Assembly (NCBI GenBank): GCA_002306075.1
Contig: DBRW01000030.1
Location: 8,109 to 72,108 of the forward strand
Direction: 5' to 3'
DNA from: Synergistaceae bacterium UBA1358
Lineage (GTDB): Bacteria > Synergistota > Synergistia > Synergistales > Synergistaceae
DNA: 64,000 nt
Shown here: one piece after another, positions 1-8,867 of the stretch
How the letters are laid out: every line of letters starts with the position of its first letter
How positions within the stretch are numbered: the stretch's first letter is position 1
Translations under genes and position numbers: made by a program
Notes under the pieces: generated by a model
The model's database searches: none
What the model saw: the letters and a program-made list of their open reading frames with translations, nothing else
What the model was told of the DNA's origin: nothing

Positions 1-196
1 GATAATGATGGCGATGTCGATGGTCGTGACCTGCGCACTGATCGGCGCTAACGGCCTCGGTATGGAGATACTGCTCGCGACCAACAGGACTGAGATGGGC
101 AAGGCCCTCATGCCGGGCATATCTATAGTCATCGTTGCGATAATACTCGACCGTCTGACCCAGGGGTTGATAAAGAAAGAGGCTTCGACAGAATGA
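1..196 (+). CDS. proW: Glycine betaine/proline ABC transporter permease, C-terminal part (5'-truncated by window edge)
   Basis: MMAMSMVV..LIGA.GLG..AIILDRLTQ matches the ProW/OpuAB C-terminus; overlaps the ATPase start (ATGA). Confidence 0.85.
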   Translation, partial: IMMAMSMVVTCALIGANGLGMEILLATNRTEMGKALMPGISIVIVAIILDRLTQGLIKKEASTE

Positions 197-1383
197 TAAA
201 TAATAATGAAGATTATATCGCCGAGGCCAGGAACGTTGTAAAAATTTACGGCAATAACAAGGCCGAAGCCATCAAAATGATGTCGGAGGGCTTCGAAAAG
301 GACGAAGTCTACCGAAGAACCGGGGCTGCGGTGGCTCTTTGGGACGTCTCTTTCAAAGTAAAGAGAAAGGAGATATTCGTCATAATAGGGCTGTCCGGCT
401 CCGGAAAGTCAACGATAATAAGATGCTTCAATCAGCTCCTGAAACCGACCTCGGGAAAGATCCTCTTTGAAGGGCAGGACGTCGGAGAGCTCAAAGGCAG
501 TGAACTGCTGGCCCTGAGGCGTGACAAGATCTCGATGGTCTTCCAGAACTTCGGCCTGCTCACCCACAGGAGCGTTCGCGACAATGTAGCCTACGGACTG
601 GAGGTCCGGGGGGTCCCCAAAAAGGAGCGCCTTGAGAAAGCTGAGGAGTTCATCAAAATGGTCGGCCTTGAGGGCTGGGGCGACAAACCCATATCGAGCC
701 TGTCGGGCGGCATGAAGCAGAGGGTCGGCATAGCAAGGGCACTGGTAAACTCCCCCGACATGCTGCTCATGGATGAGCCCTTCTCAGCCCTCGATCCGCT
801 TGTCAGAAGGGAGATGCAGTTCGAGCTCCTCTCGATCCAGAGAAAACTTGAAAAGACCATAATATTCATCACTCACGACATAAACGAGGCCTTCAAGCTC
901 GGAGACAGGGTTGCCATCATGCACAACGGGAAGATAATACAGTCGGGAACACCCGAAGAAATGTCTACTGATCCCGTCAATGACTATGTCCGTAACTTCA
1001 TCGAAGGTGCGGATATGAGCATGGTGCTCAAAGTGAGACACGTTATGTTCCCGCCCCAGTGTATAGTCAGGGAAAACGTCTCTCCGGCGAGTGCAGTGAT
1101 GGAAATGAGGGAAAATCAGGTTTCAAGCGCTTACGCCGTCGCCGATGACATGAAGTTCATGGGGGTCGTAACGCTTGACGACGCACTGAGGGCAAGGCGG
1201 GAAAATCTGCCGCTCTTCTCGGTGCTTACGAAGGGTGTACCCGTAACCGGAGAGGATGTCCTGATCAAGGATATAATACCCAAGGCAGCCCAGGCAAAGT
1301 TTCCCATCGCTGTTGTGGGAGAGAGAGGCAAGCTCAAAGGGATAGTGAGCAGGGCTTCCGTCCTATCTTCACTGGCCAGATAA
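193..1383 (+). CDS. proV: Glycine betaine/proline ABC transporter ATP-binding subunit with CBS domains
   Basis: Walker A GLSGSGKS, LSGGMKQRVG, MDEPFSALDPLVR, C-terminal CBS pair. Confidence 0.93.
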   Translation: MINNNEDYIAEARNVVKIYGNNKAEAIKMMSEGFEKDEVYRRTGAAVALWDVSFKVKRKEIFVIIGLSGSGKSTIIRCFNQLLKPTSGKILFEGQDVGELKGSELLALRRDKISMVFQNFGLLTHRSVRDNVAYGLEVRGVPKKERLEKAEEFIKMVGLEGWGDKPISSLSGGMKQRVGIARALVNSPDMLLMDEPFSALDPLVRREMQFELLSIQRKLEKTIIFITHDINEAFKLGDRVAIMHNGKIIQSGTPEEMSTDPVNDYVRNFIEGADMSMVLKVRHVMFPPQCIVRENVSPASAVMEMRENQVSSAYAVADDMKFMGVVTLDDALRARRENLPLFSVLTKGVPVTGEDVLIKDIIPKAAQAKFPIAVVGERGKLKGIVSRASVLSSLAR

Positions 1384-1406
1384 ACTCAGCAGCATATACA
1401 ATGCCA

Positions 1407-1455
1407 AAGGCGTCACAGACATCCAGCGGGATCGATGTGACGCCTTACGCTTTTT
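1407..1455. terminator. Hairpin terminator between convergent proV and alkA
   Basis: aaggcgtcaca...tgtgacgcctt inverted repeat followed by a T-run. Confidence 0.6.
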
Positions 1456-2063
1456 CAGCCGCCGTTTTCCGATAGATGCCAAAGATAGAGCGAAGCTATG
1501 GTGCCATAGGGAGAATATCGTTTCCTGTATTTTTCGAAAGTATCCCTGTCAAGTGTCTTCAGGCCGTAAAGCATCATCATGCCTTTTCTGATGGCAAAAT
1601 CCTTGTAGCTGACTACGTCCGGCCTGCCGAGCGAGAATATTAGGAACATCTCCGCCGTCCAGTCCCCTATTCCCCTTATCGAAGTCAGCTGCGAGGCGAC
1701 ATCTTCGTCAGGCAGTCCGGCAAGCCCTTTGATATCGAGCCTGCCGGAGAGCACGGCTTCGGACAGACCTTTGATATACTGTGCCTTTTTCATGGAAATG
1801 CCCACCGACTTGATCTCTTCTTCGGGAAGGGATGCTATCTTTTCGGGCGTAACGATTCCGAATTTTTGGGCTATCCTCATGCTGACAGTTTCGGCAGCCC
1901 TGTTGGATATCTGCTGCGTCGCGATATAGCCTACAAGCGAGTCGAAGAGGTCTTCGCTGACCCTGCACCCGAGAGGGCCCGTGCTCTCTATCAGCTTTCC
2001 CAGCTTTTTGTCTTTTTTGGAGAGATATGATATCTCCCGCTCTCCGTACTCAAGAATTCGCAT
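1455..2063 (-). CDS. alkA: DNA-3-methyladenine glycosylase II (HhH-GPD family)
   Basis: QQIS..AA motif, HhH motif LTSIRGIGDWTAEM, PY.T.ASLYLW; ATG at 2063 overlaps the end of ogt. Confidence 0.88.
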   Translation of the reverse strand: MRILEYGEREISYLSKKDKKLGKLIESTGPLGCRVSEDLFDSLVGYIATQQISNRAAETVSMRIAQKFGIVTPEKIASLPEEEIKSVGISMKKAQYIKGLSEAVLSGRLDIKGLAGLPDEDVASQLTSIRGIGDWTAEMFLIFSLGRPDVVSYKDFAIRKGMMMLYGLKTLDRDTFEKYRKRYSPYGTIASLYLWHLSENGG

Positions 2064-2529
2064 ATTTTCTTTCCAGATCGAGAAGAAAAGCTTTGACGTC
2101 AAGGCCTCCGCCGAAACCCACCAGTTTGCCGTCTGAGCCTATTATCCGGTGACAGGGGATGATAATTGCGATCGGGTTCCGATTGTTTGCCATCCCCACG
2201 GCCCTGAAGCCCCTGGGGCTTCCTACCGAGCGCGCGATGTCGCCGTAGCTGCGGGTCTCCCCGTATGGGACCCTCAGAAGGGCCTCCCAGCACCTCAACT
2301 GGAAATCTGTCCCTTTAGGCGCAAGAGGAAGATCGAATACCTTTCTCTTGCCTGAAAAGTATTCGTCAAGCTGCCTCGCGGCCTCCCTGTGCAGCGGAGT
2401 TTCTTCCTGTACGATATCGGAACGGGGTATTGAAGACCTTTCAAAGTGGAGGTCTGTTATCCTCCCGGATTCGACCCCCACGCCCAGTTTGCCTACACCT
2501 TCATATTTATAAAAAAAGTATTTTTTCAA
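2050..2529 (-). CDS. ogt: Methylated-DNA--protein-cysteine methyltransferase
   Basis: GTDFQ..W, VPYGET.SY, RAVG.AN..NP, active site PCHR; TTG start with SD. Confidence 0.93.
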   Translation of the reverse strand: MKKYFFYKYEGVGKLGVGVESGRITDLHFERSSIPRSDIVQEETPLHREAARQLDEYFSGKRKVFDLPLAPKGTDFQLRCWEALLRVPYGETRSYGDIARSVGSPRGFRAVGMANNRNPIAIIIPCHRIIGSDGKLVGFGGGLDVKAFLLDLERKYANS

Positions 2530-2643
2530 CTCTTCCCTTCCCCCTTATCCTCTTCGGCAAGATCGGCACTTAAAGAGAGCAGCCTTATAGGTTAAAATTA
2601 TAGCTGTTAAATTCTGCCTGACAAAGGCTGGGGAGGGGCATTG

Positions 2644-3435
2644 ATGAGGATATTCGTTTCGGGAGCATCTGGCAACGTTGGGAAGACATTGGTAAGGACG
2701 ATCATGAAACTGGACTGGCCCGAACTTGTCGGAGGATGGTGCAAGGAAACAGGCGAGGATCTTGGTGAACTCGCCGGGATCGGAACGATAGGGATAAAGG
2801 CCACAGATGACCTCAAGGCGGGGATAGAGGCTTCAAACCCCGATATAGTAATAGATTTCTCCGCAACACCGGTGCTGCCCGGCAACCTGAGGCTCTACGC
2901 AGAAAAAAGTCTCAACGCTGTGATAGGCACCACCGGACTGACCGATGAAGATCTCGCGCCATTCGTGAAAGAGGTAAAGGAAAAGGGCCTCCGTTGGGCC
3001 GTGATACCGAACTACGGCCTCGGGATAACCCTTGTAATGGATTTTATAAAAAAGGTACGCGGCTACTACCCCTACATCAGCATAATCGACCGCCATTTCC
3101 CCGGGATGGCGAACGCACCCAGCGGCACTGCGGCAAGCCTCGCAAAGGCATCTTCGGGGGGCGAGGCTCAGGTCGCAAGCAAAGAGGTCTATCCCGGAGT
3201 CCTCGGAGCGAAGATCTCCGATATCCCGGTATTTTCGCAGCGTATGCCGTGGCCCGGTCCATACTCGGAACATGAGGTGCTTCTCGGGAGGCAGGATGAG
3301 ATCATAAGGATCTCCGTACAGGACCACACAAGCGACATTTACATGGACGGTGTCTTCCTTACGGTCAAAAAACTTCCGAAAATGGCACCGGGGACTTTCG
3401 TAAGGGAACTTTCGGATATCATCGAAGCAAACTGA
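2644..3435 (+). CDS. DapB-like (4-hydroxy-tetrahydrodipicolinate reductase fold) oxidoreductase with a divergent active site
   Basis: Rossmann GASGNVG, IDFS, IGTTG, PNY.LG, APSGTA; substrate loop reads RHFPGMAN instead of HHxxKxD. Confidence 0.75.
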   Translation: MRIFVSGASGNVGKTLVRTIMKLDWPELVGGWCKETGEDLGELAGIGTIGIKATDDLKAGIEASNPDIVIDFSATPVLPGNLRLYAEKSLNAVIGTTGLTDEDLAPFVKEVKEKGLRWAVIPNYGLGITLVMDFIKKVRGYYPYISIIDRHFPGMANAPSGTAASLAKASSGGEAQVASKEVYPGVLGAKISDIPVFSQRMPWPGPYSEHEVLLGRQDEIIRISVQDHTSDIYMDGVFLTVKKLPKMAPGTFVRELSDIIEAN

Positions 3436-3513
3436 AATAAGTAAAGGACACAGTCTCATTCACCTGTGCAGAATGTATAATAATCTCCACGCTAAATGTT
3501 GAAAGGTGATCGT

Positions 3514-4122
3514 ATGCGCCGTTTGCTGATGTTGGCACTTCTTCTTTTTTCCGTAATGATCCCCGCTCCCTCTCCGGCATCCGATGCCGTTGAGTTCAGT
3601 GCCCTCTTTATAGAGAAGGACAACGGAACTGAGCAGAGAGGAAAGATATACGTTGCCGAAAACATGTCCCGCTACGAGATCCAGGGAAGCAATGAGGTCG
3701 TGGTCACAAGGCATGACAAGAAGGTCATCTGGCTTATATTCCCAAAACTCAGGAAGTATGTGGAGCAGCCATACCTCGGAGATCCGAAACCGAACTATTC
3801 GGGCGACCGGGAAGCAGACACAGGGGATCTCTCAAGAGAGTTCCTTGAGCATGAGATGGTGGACAGCTACAGGCTGAAAAAATTCCTCGTCACGGTAAAA
3901 TACAACAACGGGGAGAGCATGGACAGATATTACGAATGGTACAGGGACAACTTCCCGGTCCCGGTCAAGACGGAATCACTGGACGGAAAGACCTCTTATG
4001 AGTACGTGAACATAAAACTGGGCAGGCCTCCCATAGAATTTTTTTCGCAGCCCAAGGGGTATAAAAAGATAACGATGGAAGAGCTTACCGAGTTGGAAGA
4101 AAGCACTGCAAAAGGCAACTGA
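3514..4122 (+). CDS. Exported protein of unknown function (possibly LolA/DUF4412-like beta-rich fold)
   Basis: Signal-peptide-like N-terminus, SD aaaggtga, C-terminal F..P.GY motif. Confidence 0.65.
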   Translation: MRRLLMLALLLFSVMIPAPSPASDAVEFSALFIEKDNGTEQRGKIYVAENMSRYEIQGSNEVVVTRHDKKVIWLIFPKLRKYVEQPYLGDPKPNYSGDREADTGDLSREFLEHEMVDSYRLKKFLVTVKYNNGESMDRYYEWYRDNFPVPVKTESLDGKTSYEYVNIKLGRPPIEFFSQPKGYKKITMEELTELEESTAKGN

Positions 4123-4137
4123 CGATCGACAGAATGG

Positions 4138-4171
4138 CCGGAGGGGAGCAAATGCTCCCCTCCGGGTTTTT
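4138..4171 (+). terminator. Rho-independent terminator
   Basis: ccggaggggagca-aa-tgctcccctccgg followed by a T-run. Confidence 0.85.
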
Positions 4172-4193
4172 GTATCCTTTGATAAAGACCGTT

Positions 4194-4994
4194 TTATGGC
4201 CGGTCCTCGCCTCTGAGAGTCGCGATATCGCCGCCCCGTTTGACCGCTATGATCTCCGCAAGGATCGAAACCGCGATCTCCTCCGGCGTCTCCGCCATTA
4301 TCGGAAGGCCTATGGGCTGATGTATCCTGTTGAGATGTTCTTCCGACATCCCTCTTGCCAGCAGCATTTTTCTGACCGCAGCGATCTTTGACCGCGAGCC
4401 TATCATGCCGAAATATGCCCCGGGCTTTTTATCCGTTATCGCGACAGCCTCGGCATCGAGCGCATGACCGCGTGTCACGATGACCACATAACTTCTCTCG
4501 TGGAGCGTTACTCCCTTTTCAAATATCTCTTCTATCGGGCAGACGACAGTGCGGGCCCAGGGGATGTTCTCCCTGTTCGCGTACTCTTCCCTCTCATCCC
4601 ACACCGTGACCCTGAAACCGACGAGTGCTGCAGCCTGAGCAACAGCCTTGCCGACATGGCCGGCCCCGAAGATGAGAAGCTCATCCTCCCTTCCCAACAC
4701 TTCCATATAGACGGTCGCCGTGCCGCCGCAGAGCATCCCGTCCTTCTCAGTCAGATTTTTCTTCCAGACCATGACAGTCTCGCCTGAAGCAAGAAGCTCC
4801 TTCGCTTTTTTTATCGCTTCAAATTCGATGAGCCCGCCGCCTATCGTGCCGCTGATGCTTCCGTCCCTGCGCACCCACATCGAGGCTCCTTTGCTCCTGG
4901 GCGTTGATCCCGATTCCTCGGTTACCGTACAGAGGACCCCGAACTCACCGTCTTCCAGTTCACTGTTTATGAGGGCCAAAAGTTCCTTGTTCAT
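4194..4994 (-). CDS. xdhC: XdhC/CoxI family molybdenum-cofactor chaperone
   Basis: GSTPR..GA.M, GTIGGG..E, CGG, FGAGHVG, TRGH..D, MIGSRSK, PIGL.I.AETPEEIAVSI. Confidence 0.9.
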   Translation of the reverse strand: MNKELLALINSELEDGEFGVLCTVTEESGSTPRSKGASMWVRRDGSISGTIGGGLIEFEAIKKAKELLASGETVMVWKKNLTEKDGMLCGGTATVYMEVLGREDELLIFGAGHVGKAVAQAAALVGFRVTVWDEREEYANRENIPWARTVVCPIEEIFEKGVTLHERSYVVIVTRGHALDAEAVAITDKKPGAYFGMIGSRSKIAAVRKMLLARGMSEEHLNRIHQPIGLPIMAETPEEIAVSILAEIIAVKRGGDIATLRGEDRP

Positions 4995-5068
4995 ATTTCA
5001 GCCTCCTTTAATTTTTTAAAAATGCCGTTAATGTAAGAAAGGCATTCCCGTTCAAGGTGCCGTATTTA

Positions 5069-6115
5069 TCAGCTTCCGGCCGCAAAAGAGCAGGACGGAT
5101 AACGGCAGACGGCACAGTGTTCGCAAAGGCCGCCTACGCCCCACCTCCGTACAAGATCACCGGGTTCTATGCCGGCGAATACGAACGGAAGGAGCTTGTC
5201 CAGCGCGGTCCTCTCATCAAAAGCGACACAGGCAGGTGCTCCTATGACGGCAACATCTTCGCCGTCAACGGGAGACTTGGCGTATCCCAGCATGAGCATG
5301 GCCCCCGGAAGCGCCGGGGTCCCCTGGAAGGATATTTTGCGGCAGACGGAACGTATCGCACCCGGAGTCTTGTCGTCGGCGTCGACGCTCATGCCTCCAG
5401 TACAGATTATGACCTTGGCTCCCTGCTTAAGGAATTTACTGATGGCGCCCGCTATCTCTTCGGTCGAATCCGTACAGAATGTCTGACCTATAACGCTCCC
5501 GTTCAGTCTGGCAAGTTTTTCGTCAAGCTTCGGTCTGAATGCGTCCTCGACCCTCCTGTCAACGATCTCCTTGCCCGTGGTCACGAGAGCCACCTTCAGG
5601 TCCCTGAAGGGCAGGACCGCGAATGGCCTGCTTCCCCTGACGGCCGCAACAGCCCTCTCGACCCTGTAGTCCTCCATCACGAGAGGTCTTATGCGAAAAC
5701 CGGCCACGACCTGGCCCTTCAGCACCGGACGGTGCGGGGCAAGGGCTGAGAGGACCCAGTCGGGATCCTGATTGACCCTGTTCACCGTCTCCGCAAGATA
5801 CCAAAGCAGGCCCGAGCATGTCGCCACAAGGTTGCAGCGACCCTCCTCGGGAGGAGTCACCGTCAGGTTCTCGCCACAGAGGACCTCTGCCAGCTGCAGG
5901 GCCGCATCATCTTCATGGACCTCTCCGGGAGACATCTCCAACACGGAAAGGTTCTCCCTCCCCATGTCCTTCAATGTGGGAATGTCTTCTTCCGTAATTA
6001 TCTGTCCCTTTTTGAAGCGGGCCGATTTTTTGTGGTTCACCGTATCTATCTGAGTAAGGTCATGGGCAAGCGGTCTCCCTACCGCCTCTTCGAGCGGGAT
6101 GACTGTTACCTTCAT
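5069..6115 (-). CDS. Molybdopterin-binding (MoeA-like) protein with C-terminal Cys cluster
   Basis: AVG..LAHD.T, GE.HEDDAA, TGGMSVD.DD.TP.AI, PGAML, GGLCEHCAVC.YP.C.F. Confidence 0.85.
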   Translation of the reverse strand: MKVTVIPLEEAVGRPLAHDLTQIDTVNHKKSARFKKGQIITEEDIPTLKDMGRENLSVLEMSPGEVHEDDAALQLAEVLCGENLTVTPPEEGRCNLVATCSGLLWYLAETVNRVNQDPDWVLSALAPHRPVLKGQVVAGFRIRPLVMEDYRVERAVAAVRGSRPFAVLPFRDLKVALVTTGKEIVDRRVEDAFRPKLDEKLARLNGSVIGQTFCTDSTEEIAGAISKFLKQGAKVIICTGGMSVDADDKTPGAIRSVCRKISFQGTPALPGAMLMLGYAKSPVDGEDVAVIGAPACVAFDERTALDKLLPFVFAGIEPGDLVRRWGVGGLCEHCAVCRYPSCSFAAGS

Positions 6116-6117
6116 CT

Positions 6118-6540
6118 TTACTTCTCCTCCGTTTCGGGGCCGCATTCACTGCAGCAGCCGTATACTACGAACTGTTTGCCCTCGACTGTCATGCCCTCGG
6201 GCACTTCGACCCTGGGAAGTCTCTGGCCCGTAAGGCAGATCATTTTTCCGCAGTGAAGGCAAAGAAAGTGCGGATGGTCCCCGGGGCACCCCTTCGACTC
6301 GGGGTCATGGGCACAGAAGCGCCATACTCCGTCGAGCCCCTGGACCTGGTGAACGATACCGTAGGTCTTCAAGGTCTGCAACGTCCTGTAGAGCGTGACC
6401 TTGTCAAGCGGTTCGGTCAGCATGGATGATATTTCGCTGTGAGAAAGGGGAGAAGCCTTTTCGATTAGCAGGCTGAGTACGACCTTTCTTTGGTGTGTAG
6501 CTCTCAGCTTTGCCTTGCTCAGCAGTTCTTCAACCGTCAT
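6118..6540 (-). CDS. Fur-family (Zur-like) metalloregulator
   Basis: LRAT.QR, TLYRTL..L, HPHFLCLHCG and C-terminal CSEC; stop lies 2 nt before the next ATG, implying an operon. Confidence 0.9.
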   Translation of the reverse strand: MTVEELLSKAKLRATHQRKVVLSLLIEKASPLSHSEISSMLTEPLDKVTLYRTLQTLKTYGIVHQVQGLDGVWRFCAHDPESKGCPGDHPHFLCLHCGKMICLTGQRLPRVEVPEGMTVEGKQFVVYGCCSECGPETEEK

Positions 6541-6562
6541 AAGGATCACCTCATAAAATTAA

Positions 6563-6606
6563 ACGCAACCAGCTTGCATTTTAAAATATTCCCTCTTCCG
6601 CAGCAA
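6563..6606 (-). promoter_or_regulatory. Sigma70 promoter of the fur-family operon with overlapping palindromic operator
   Basis: Minus strand TTGCTG (6606-6601)-N17-TAAAAT (6583-6578); ACGCAAC-CAG-CTTGCAT at 6563-6579 overlaps -10/+1. Confidence 0.7.
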
Positions 6607-6829
6607 GCCTTTCCAATGACCATAAATGAGCATTAATAAATATGAGTCCCTGTTTTTCCTGCGGCAGAAAATATATCTTATGAATGTTTTATCCGGATAA
6701 TACATCCATACTGACGGGGGTTTTGTCTTTTCTATTTAGATCTTAAACTAATCATCAAATTTAGTTTGTATTCATAAAATTTCTTTTTCGATTTATTCCG
6801 TTGATAGTAATTTTTTTAACAAGAAATGG

Positions 6830-6858
6830 TTGACATTTATCGGATATGGTCGTATTAT
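6830..6858 (+). promoter_or_regulatory. Sigma70 promoter of the ilv-leu operon
   Basis: TTGACA-N17-TATTAT. Confidence 0.8.
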
Positions 6859-6924
6859 GTCGCCCATTACGTCAGGCCATGACGGCCGGCGTTCAGGCCG
6901 ATACCTCGAAAGGTGGGACACAAA

Positions 6925-7020
6925 TTGCGGATAGACAGTCTGGTACGTGACATCACAAGTCTGATTCTCGTTCTGGTACTTCTTATTAGCAGTGGGTCCC
7001 CCGGGGTGGCCGACGCTTAA
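6925..7020 (+). CDS. ilv-leu attenuator leader peptide MRIDSLVRDITSLILVLVLLISSGSPGVADA (31 aa, TTG start)
   Basis: SD gaaaggtgg; nine consecutive Leu/Ile/Val codons at 6961-6987; followed by a terminator. Confidence 0.85.
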   Translation: MRIDSLVRDITSLILVLVLLISSGSPGVADA

Positions 7021-7038
7021 ACGTCGTGTTACTTTCGG

Positions 7039-7071
7039 GCCGGGACCCTTAAAGGGGTCCCGGTTTTTTTT
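7039..7071 (+). terminator. Attenuator terminator upstream of ilvN
   Basis: gccgggaccct-taaa-ggggtcccggt plus T-run; 5' arm gggaccc can pair instead with gggtccc (6994-7000) in the leader. Confidence 0.88.
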
Positions 7072-7103
7072 GTCTCAATCATCAGCGTACAGGAGGACAT
7101 GAT

Positions 7104-7634
7104 ATGAAGAATACTTTTACCATCCTATCCGAAGACAACCCCGGAGTTCTCATGAGGATAGCCGGACTGATCTACCGAAGGGGCTACAACATTGAGAGCC
7201 TCAGCGTAGGACAGACGGATACCCCCGGAATATCAAGGTTCACTGTAGTCATCGAGGGCGAAGAGGGTGTTTACGATCAGATCAGGAAACAGCTTCTGAA
7301 GCTGATAGAGGTCATCGAGGTCACCAACCTCACACAGCAGGGACCCTTCGTCGAGCGCTGGCTGACACTTGTGAAGGTCCGTGCACCTCTTGAGATGCGT
7401 CCCCACGTCCTCCAGACGGCAGAAGTCTTCCGCTGCAGAGTCGTGGACCTCGGCGCCGAGGCGGTGACACTGGAGATCACAGGGGACAAGGGAAAGATGA
7501 ACGCATGCATGGAGGCTTTCAGACCGTACGGAATAATCGAGACCGCGGGATCGGGGCAGGTAGCCCTTTCACGTTCAGGCTTCATTTCGGAAGAGACATC
7601 TGACAGGGAGCTAGCAGTCAGCAAGATGATTTAA
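7104..7634 (+). CDS. ilvN: Acetolactate synthase small (regulatory) subunit
   Basis: ACT domain [30 protein letters not shown]. Confidence 0.93.
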   Translation: MKNTFTILSEDNPGVLMRIAGLIYRRGYNIESLSVGQTDTPGISRFTVVIEGEEGVYDQIRKQLLKLIEVIEVTNLTQQGPFVERWLTLVKVRAPLEMRPHVLQTAEVFRCRVVDLGAEAVTLEITGDKGKMNACMEAFRPYGIIETAGSGQVALSRSGFISEETSDRELAVSKMI

Positions 7635-7722
7635 GTTCGTTATAAGGTCTCAAAGAGACCCGGACATAGATAAACAAAACAAAATTTTGATCGTCCTAAG
7701 GGACAGAAGGAGTGTTTATGTA

Positions 7723-8733
7723 ATGGCAAAAGTATATTATGACCGCGACGCAGATCTTAGTTTTCTCGATGGAAAGACGATAACGATAATCGGCTACGGC
7801 AGCCAGGGACACGCACATGCTCAGAACCTCCGCGACAGCGGAGCGAAGGTGATAGTTGCCCTCCACGCGGGAAGCAAATCATGGGCCACCGCCGAGAAGG
7901 ACGGCTTCGCGGTCTGCACAGTTGCGGAAGCAGCAAAAAAATCAGATGTGATGATGTTCCTCATGCCCGACCATCTGCAGGCTTCGATATATAAAAACGA
8001 AGTGCTCCCCAATCTTAAGAAAGGCGCAAAACTTGCCTTCGCGCACGGATTCGCGGTCCATTTCGGACAGATCGTGCCCGAACCCGACCGCGACGTCTTT
8101 ATGGTAGCGCCCAAAGGGCCAGGCCACATGGTCCGCCATATGTACAAAGAGGGAAAGGGCGTTCCCTGCCTTATCGCGATCTATCAGGACGCATCGGGAA
8201 AGGCGAAGGAGTTCGCGCTGGCATATGCTTCCGGTGTAGGCGGAGGAAGAGCGGGGATCATCGAGACGACCTTCCGTGAAGAGACCGAAACGGACCTCTT
8301 CGGTGAACAGGCTGTCCTGTGCGGCGGAGTGAGCGAACTCATGCAGGCCGGATATCAGACTCTGGTAGATGCCGGTTATCAGCCTGAGATGGCATACTTC
8401 GAGTGCATCAACGAACTCAAACTGATCGTTGACATGGTGTTCGAAGGCGGACTCAGCTGGATGCGCTACTCGGTCAGCGACACGGCAAAATACGGGGATA
8501 TGATCGCAGGACCCAGAGTGATCGGAGAAGAGTCTAAGAAGGCCATGAAGCAGCTGCTCAAGGAGATCCAGGACGGGACCTTCGCGCGCGACTGGATACT
8601 TGAGAACCAGACAGGACGCCCCCGCATGAAAAAATGGGCAAAGGCAGCTCAGGAAGCCGACTGCGAGGCAGTAGGAAAAGAGCTCCGCAAGATGATGCCC
8701 TGGATGGAACAGAAAGAAGTACCCAAGTTCTAA
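7723..8733 (+). CDS. ilvC: Ketol-acid reductoisomerase
   Basis: [43 protein letters not shown]. Confidence 0.97.
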   Translation: MAKVYYDRDADLSFLDGKTITIIGYGSQGHAHAQNLRDSGAKVIVALHAGSKSWATAEKDGFAVCTVAEAAKKSDVMMFLMPDHLQASIYKNEVLPNLKKGAKLAFAHGFAVHFGQIVPEPDRDVFMVAPKGPGHMVRHMYKEGKGVPCLIAIYQDASGKAKEFALAYASGVGGGRAGIIETTFREETETDLFGEQAVLCGGVSELMQAGYQTLVDAGYQPEMAYFECINELKLIVDMVFEGGLSWMRYSVSDTAKYGDMIAGPRVIGEESKKAMKQLLKEIQDGTFARDWILENQTGRPRMKKWAKAAQEADCEAVGKELRKMMPWMEQKEVPKF

Positions 8734-8867
8734 ACAATAACGGAGCGACGGGAATCATAAGGGCCGGGCGGCATAGATCACAGTGCAGATGAAAGAGATA
8801 TCCGCCCGCTCCTCGCTTCTCACGGCGAATCAGCCGATCCCACTACCTAGGTAAAGGAGAGAACGAC

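Noticed and set aside
2527-2541. ogt SD region as a target of the putative sRNA seed (about 12-nt pairing with one bulge)
   Set aside because: Anti-SD tracts match many RBSs by chance and there is no functional link to Mo/W; it needs genome-wide statistics.
6860-7100. T-box riboswitch upstream of ilvN (also checked upstream of cysE)
   Set aside because: No GGTGGNACCGCG T-box bulge or Stem I motifs; leader peptides explain the terminators.
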